In this document: positions 60,215 through 64,000 of the stretch, one piece after another
Layout: each line of letters begins with the position of its first letter
How positions within the stretch are numbered: the stretch's first letter is position 1
Assembly (NCBI GenBank): GCA_964505415.1
Contig: CAZDHW010000006.1
Span: 14,878 to 78,877 of the forward strand
DNA from: an uncultured bacterium
GTDB lineage: Bacteria > Hydrothermota > Tepidihabitantia > Tepidihabitantales > DTDR01
Direction of reading: 5' to 3'
DNA length: 64,000 bases
Position numbers and translations under genes: made by a program
The notes under the pieces: model-generated
The model's input: the letters and a program-made list of their open reading frames with translations, nothing else
Told to the model about the DNA's origin: nothing
Databases searched by the model: none

Positions 60215-61430
60215 TTTCTAAGGTTTTTCTCAATAAATTTAAAGCCATTTGACATGCCTGTTCTTTTATCATTCTTCTTGTGCCGGAAAAGAAGTGTTCT
60301 TCAACAATCAATTTTTGATGATAAGCCAATCCCAAATAAACTAAACCCACTGGTTTTTTCTCACTCGTCGTTGGTCCAGCAACACCGGTAGTTGCTAAAC
60401 CAATATCGGTTTGGTAATAATTTTTAATTCCCTCTGCCATTTCCAAAGCGGTCTCTTTACTTATCGCTCCGTAATTTTTTAAAGTCTCTTCTTTCACTTT
60501 ACAAATTAACTTTTTTATCTCGTTACTATAAGCAATCACTCCACCAAGATAATAATCAGAACTGCCGGGAACATCAGTAATCCGGTGACCAAGTAAACCA
60601 CCAGTGCAGGATTCAGCAGTAGCCAAAGTCAAATTTTTTTTTCTTAAAAGTTCACCAATAACCTCTTCTAAACTAATATTATCATAACCATAAATATAAT
60701 CCTTCAACAACAGATTAATCTCTTTTTCGCAAAGTTTAACTTCTTTTTTATCTTTCCCAATAATTGTAAGGTCAACACCTAAATGGGAAGGAAGGTAGAG
60801 GATTTGGATATCTTTAAATTGTTTTTTAAAGCTCTCTTCAATTTTTACCATTATTTCCGATTCGGTAATTCCGATGGTTCTAATTATTTTCCAAAAATTG
60901 GGCTTCAACTGAAAACTATCTTCCAAAAAAGGAACGACACTATTTTCCCAAATGGTTTTTAATTCTTCAGGAACTCCGGGAAGAAGAATGATTATCTTTT
61001 TTCCTTTTTTGATAATCAGGCCAGGAGCAAAACCAATGGGGTTTTCTAAGATTATTGCCTTTTTGGGAATTAATGCCTGTTTAATTGCGTATTCAGGCAT
61101 TGGTTTTTTTAAATTTTTATAATAGTTTTCAATCTTACTTAAGATTGTCTCATCAATAAAGGTCCTTAAAGAAAAATATTTAATTATTGTATCTTTGGTG
61201 ATATCATCCGTAGTCGGTCCCAAACCACCGCTGATAATCACTATATCGGCAGTGGAAAGGGAGTTTTCTAATTCTTTTTTTAACAGCTGACAATCATCAT
61301 TAATTATCGAAACCCTTTCAATATGAAAACCAAGCTCCTTTAAACTTTTTATCAATTTATAAGAATTTTTTTCAATAACTATTCCCGAAAGGATTTCCGA
61401 ACCAACAATAATTATTTGGGCTATTGCCAT
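60207..61430 (-). CDS. cinA: CinA family protein (MoCF-like N-terminal domain plus C-terminal nicotinamide-nucleotide amidohydrolase)
   Basis: MAIAQIIIVGSEILSG N-terminus; C-terminal PncC-like LATAESCTGG. Confidence 0.85.
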   Translation of the reverse strand: MAIAQIIIVGSEILSGIVIEKNSYKLIKSLKELGFHIERVSIINDDCQLLKKELENSLSTADIVIISGGLGPTTDDITKDTIIKYFSLRTFIDETILSKIENYYKNLKKPMPEYAIKQALIPKKAIILENPIGFAPGLIIKKGKKIIILLPGVPEELKTIWENSVVPFLEDSFQLKPNFWKIIRTIGITESEIMVKIEESFKKQFKDIQILYLPSHLGVDLTIIGKDKKEVKLCEKEINLLLKDYIYGYDNISLEEVIGELLRKKNLTLATAESCTGGLLGHRITDVPGSSDYYLGGVIAYSNEIKKLICKVKEETLKNYGAISKETALEMAEGIKNYYQTDIGLATTGVAGPTTSEKKPVGLVYLGLAYHQKLIVEEHFFSGTRRMIKEQACQMALNLLRKTLENG

Positions 61431-61861
61431 AAGAGCAAAATAATTCTTAAAGTAAGATTAGCTAAAACTCCGGCAAAAATATCATCCAAAACAACTCCCA
61501 AACCACCTTCTAATTTTTCCACTTTCCTTAAAAAAGGCAATTTAAAAATATCATAAAATCTAAAGAGAAGAAAGCCGATAATTAGGTTTTTAAGATTTAT
61601 CGGTATAAGAAAAAAAGTGGTTAGTATTCCTAAAACTTCATCAGCAGTAATCTTTTTGGCATCTTTGCCCCAAATTTTTTCCAATTGGTTAATAGTAATA
61701 ACACTTAAGAAAAAATAAAGAGTAAAAAAGAGCAGGTAAAAATAGGTATTTCTTATAAGATAGGGGAAAAGCAGAGAAAAAAAAGAGGTACAGGTAGCTG
61801 GTGCCCAAGGCAAATAACCCAAATAGAAAGTAGTGGCAAACATTATTTTCAAACTTTTCAA
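61421..61861 (-). CDS. pgpA: Phosphatidylglycerophosphatase A
   Basis: GYLPWAPATCTSFFSL resembles the PgpA GSG..PxAPGT.GSL motif; small polytopic protein. Confidence 0.65.
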   Translation of the reverse strand: MKSLKIMFATTFYLGYLPWAPATCTSFFSLLFPYLIRNTYFYLLFFTLYFFLSVITINQLEKIWGKDAKKITADEVLGILTTFFLIPINLKNLIIGFLLFRFYDIFKLPFLRKVEKLEGGLGVVLDDIFAGVLANLTLRIILLLWQ

Positions 61862-61864
61862 TTT

Positions 61865-62767
61865 TTATCTCCGCGACGGATGCCTTTTTTCCCAATCGGT
61901 TACCAAAGCCGCCACAATAAAAATGGAAGAATAGGTTCCAGTGATAATACCAATAGACAAAACCTTACCAAAATCTTTGATATCAGCCGTTCCTAAAAAC
62001 CAAATAAGGAGACTTACAAAAAGGGTGGTAAGGGCAGTTAGAACGGTTCGGGAAAGGGTTTCGTTAATAGAAAGATTGGCAATATACTCAAAACCTTCTT
62101 TTTTTATTTTTTTTAAATTCTCTCTTACCCGGTCAGAAACCACAATGGAATCGTTAACCGAATAACCAATAATTGTCAATAAAGCAGCTACTATCGGAAT
62201 GTTAACGGTTGTTCGGGTAAGGACAATAAAACCAAGGGTAATAAGGGCATCGTGAATCAAGGCTAAAACCGCGGTAGTGCCAAAACGAAAATTAAAACGG
62301 AAAGAGACATAGATAAGAATACCACCGATACCAACCAATAAGGCAAAAAAAGTTATTTTCTGCAATTCCTTACTTATCCTTGGCCCAACTATTTCTTCTT
62401 TTAAGATTTCGGGATTACTCCCTTTAATCCTTTCTTTCAGCTTTTCAATTAATTGGGGCAAAAAACCACCGCCATAGGGAAGTTCTTTTAAATCAATCTT
62501 TATTAAATATTCATAACCTTCTAATGAACGCTGGATTGTCGGATTGTGGATATTCAGCTCTTTTAAAGTATTTCTTATCTCTTCAATTGCTACTTCGGAA
62601 GAAAAGCGGATAACATAAAGGGAACCGCCGGTAAAATCAACACCGTAACGAGGACCGATAACGATTAAAGCGATAAGGGAAATAATGACAAGGGAAAGGG
62701 AAATAAAATAAAATATCTTTCTTTTTTCTAAAAAATTAATATTGGTTTCTTTAATAAAGCGGATCAT
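61865..62767 (-). CDS. secF: Protein translocase subunit SecF
   Basis: GVDFTGGS motif and 6 TM helices. Confidence 0.9.
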   Translation of the reverse strand: MIRFIKETNINFLEKRKIFYFISLSLVIISLIALIVIGPRYGVDFTGGSLYVIRFSSEVAIEEIRNTLKELNIHNPTIQRSLEGYEYLIKIDLKELPYGGGFLPQLIEKLKERIKGSNPEILKEEIVGPRISKELQKITFFALLVGIGGILIYVSFRFNFRFGTTAVLALIHDALITLGFIVLTRTTVNIPIVAALLTIIGYSVNDSIVVSDRVRENLKKIKKEGFEYIANLSINETLSRTVLTALTTLFVSLLIWFLGTADIKDFGKVLSIGIITGTYSSIFIVAALVTDWEKRHPSRR

Positions 62768-64000
62768 ATTGGCAACCTTTTAAATTGAAATTGGTTTAAA
62801 ATAATCTCAAATAAAACTCGGGCAACAAAAATCGCGGTAAAAAGATTAACCAGTAAGCCAATAATCAAAGTAGTCGCAAAACCCCTAATCGGACCAGTTC
62901 CTAACCAATAGAGCACAATACCGGTAATTATGGTTGTTAAATTGGCATCAATAATAGTTATGCTTGCCCTTTTAAATCCAGTATCAACGGCCGTTAAAGG
63001 GGTTTTTCCGCTTTTTAACTCTTCTCTTATTCTTTCAAAAATCAGGATACTCGCATCAACACTCATACCAATAGTTAAAGCAATGCCGGCAATTCCGGGT
63101 AAGGTTAAAGTTGCCCTTAAAGTAGAAAGTAATGCCAAAAGGAAAAAAATATTTAAAAAGAGACAAACATCGGCAATCAAACCAGAAAGGTTATAATAAA
63201 CAACCATAAAAATAAAAACAATGATCGCGGAAAAGATAATCACCCGCATACCTTTATTAATGGCATCCTGACCCAATGTTGGTCCAACCGACCTCTCTTC
63301 ACTAATAAGCACGGGCGCTGGCAGGGCACCCGACTTTATCACAATAGCAATCTCCTTGGCTTTATCGGGATTTATTTCGCCCGTGGTTATCATTGCCTCT
63401 CCCGAAGGAATTCTCTCCTTAATAACTGGTGCGCTTCTTACGGTCTTATCAAGAATAATTGCCAGCCTCTTACCGACATTTCTGCCAGTAATTGAAGCAA
63501 ATTTTTTCGCATCAGCTTTCTTCAATTTTAAACCCACAACCCAAGTATTCGCTAAGCCGGTTTCACTTCCGCTATAAGGATGGATTTCGGCACTGGCAAC
63601 ACTGGCGCCGGTAATTTCCGGTTCCCTTTTTACCACATAAACCCTTCTTATTTTTCTCCCTTGATAAAATTCTAAAGGTCCAAAAAGGATTTGCCATTCT
63701 CCCAAAATGGTAGTATCTAATTGGCTAACCACATTTTCGACAAACGGTAAATCTTCTTCCTCACAACCAAAATCACCCCCTTCAATTTCAAAAATTTTAT
63801 CGGAAAACTTAACTGAGGTATCGGCAGGGTTTAATTTCTGATAATATTCCTCCATTTTTTTAAAGATATCTCGAGCAATATTTGGTTCTGCTACCAAACT
63901 AAATTCCAATTGGGCAGTTTGTCCGATTAACGATTTAGCCCTTTCCCGGTCAACACCTGGCAATTGGACTAAAATCCTACCTTCAGCAGTTTTTTGGATT
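62764..64000 (-). CDS. secD: Protein translocase subunit SecD (partial; the N-terminus lies beyond the window end)
   Basis: ...VQLPGVDRERAKSLIGQTAQLEFSL and a C-terminal TM bundle; the reading frame stays open through position 64000. Confidence 0.9.
   Translation of the reverse strand, partial: IQKTAEGRILVQLPGVDRERAKSLIGQTAQLEFSLVAEPNIARDIFKKMEEYYQKLNPADTSVKFSDKIFEIEGGDFGCEEEDLPFVENVVSQLDTTILGEWQILFGPLEFYQGRKIRRVYVVKREPEITGASVASAEIHPYSGSETGLANTWVVGLKLKKADAKKFASITGRNVGKRLAIILDKTVRSAPVIKERIPSGEAMITTGEINPDKAKEIAIVIKSGALPAPVLISEERSVGPTLGQDAINKGMRVIIFSAIIVFIFMVVYYNLSGLIADVCLFLNIFFLLALLSTLRATLTLPGIAGIALTIGMSVDASILIFERIREELKSGKTPLTAVDTGFKRASITIIDANLTTIITGIVLYWLGTGPIRGFATTLIIGLLVNLFTAIFVARVLFEIILNQFQFKRLPI

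Overview
This is a 64 kb low-GC bacterial window that is almost entirely core genome; no single feature stands out as a clearly novel multi-gene system. The T9SS/FlgD-type C-terminal sorting domain, DUF5916/CBM9-like protein and DUF2723 protein suggest an FCB-group or candidate-phylum lineage. There are no rRNA genes, CRISPR arrays, transposases or integrases. The main blocks, in order, are listed below.

- **rtcA to pnp:** rtcA (partial, minus strand), rpsO-pnp-M16 peptidase.
- **Polysaccharide block:** OCD-like protein, GT4, MFS transporter, WbaP-like sugar transferase, Wza-like exporter.
- **efp/ftsY/smc** on the minus strand.
- **rpmF-plsX:** followed by two unknown proteins and a GC-rich terminator-like hairpin.
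- **ndk to pyr operon:** ndk, TPR protein, pyrK-pyrD-pyrF-pyrE.
- **Ribosomal cluster:** queD, then a complete S10 operon plus the first part of spc (rpsJ to rpsH) that stops after rpsH.
- **Convergent block:** CofE-like and DUF5916/CBM9-like genes.
- **lipB to DUF2723:** lipB, M50 protease, fabD, DUF2723 membrane protein.
- **tRNA-Gln to alr:** tRNA-Gln, class V aminotransferase-DUF58-BatA/vWA operon, M20 peptidase, alr.
- **tRNA-Val to second GT4:** tRNA-Val, COG1579 zinc-ribbon protein, LpxL-like acyltransferase, dut, a second GT4 paralog.
- **B12 receptor locus:** a TonB-dependent receptor preceded by a cobalamin riboswitch and tRNA-Leu.
- **Beta-propeller protein** with a T9SS-type C-terminal domain.
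- **B12 mutase operon:** D-cysteine desulfhydrase-like, rmlD, NUDIX, lipoprotein, cobO, meaB, methylmalonyl-CoA mutase large subunit and its B12-binding subunit.
- **Minus-strand tail:** thpR, cinA, pgpA, secF, secD (partial).

The points most worth a second look are:
- a B12 theme: a riboswitch-controlled btuB, an adjacent beta-propeller surface protein, and an unknown lipoprotein translationally coupled to cobO-meaB-mcm;
- a DUF58-BatA pair without a MoxR ATPase;
- an abrupt break of the ribosomal protein cluster after rpsH;
- duplicated GT4 glycosyltransferases, one next to an HtrB-like acyltransferase;
- several GC-rich hairpins in an otherwise AT-rich genome.
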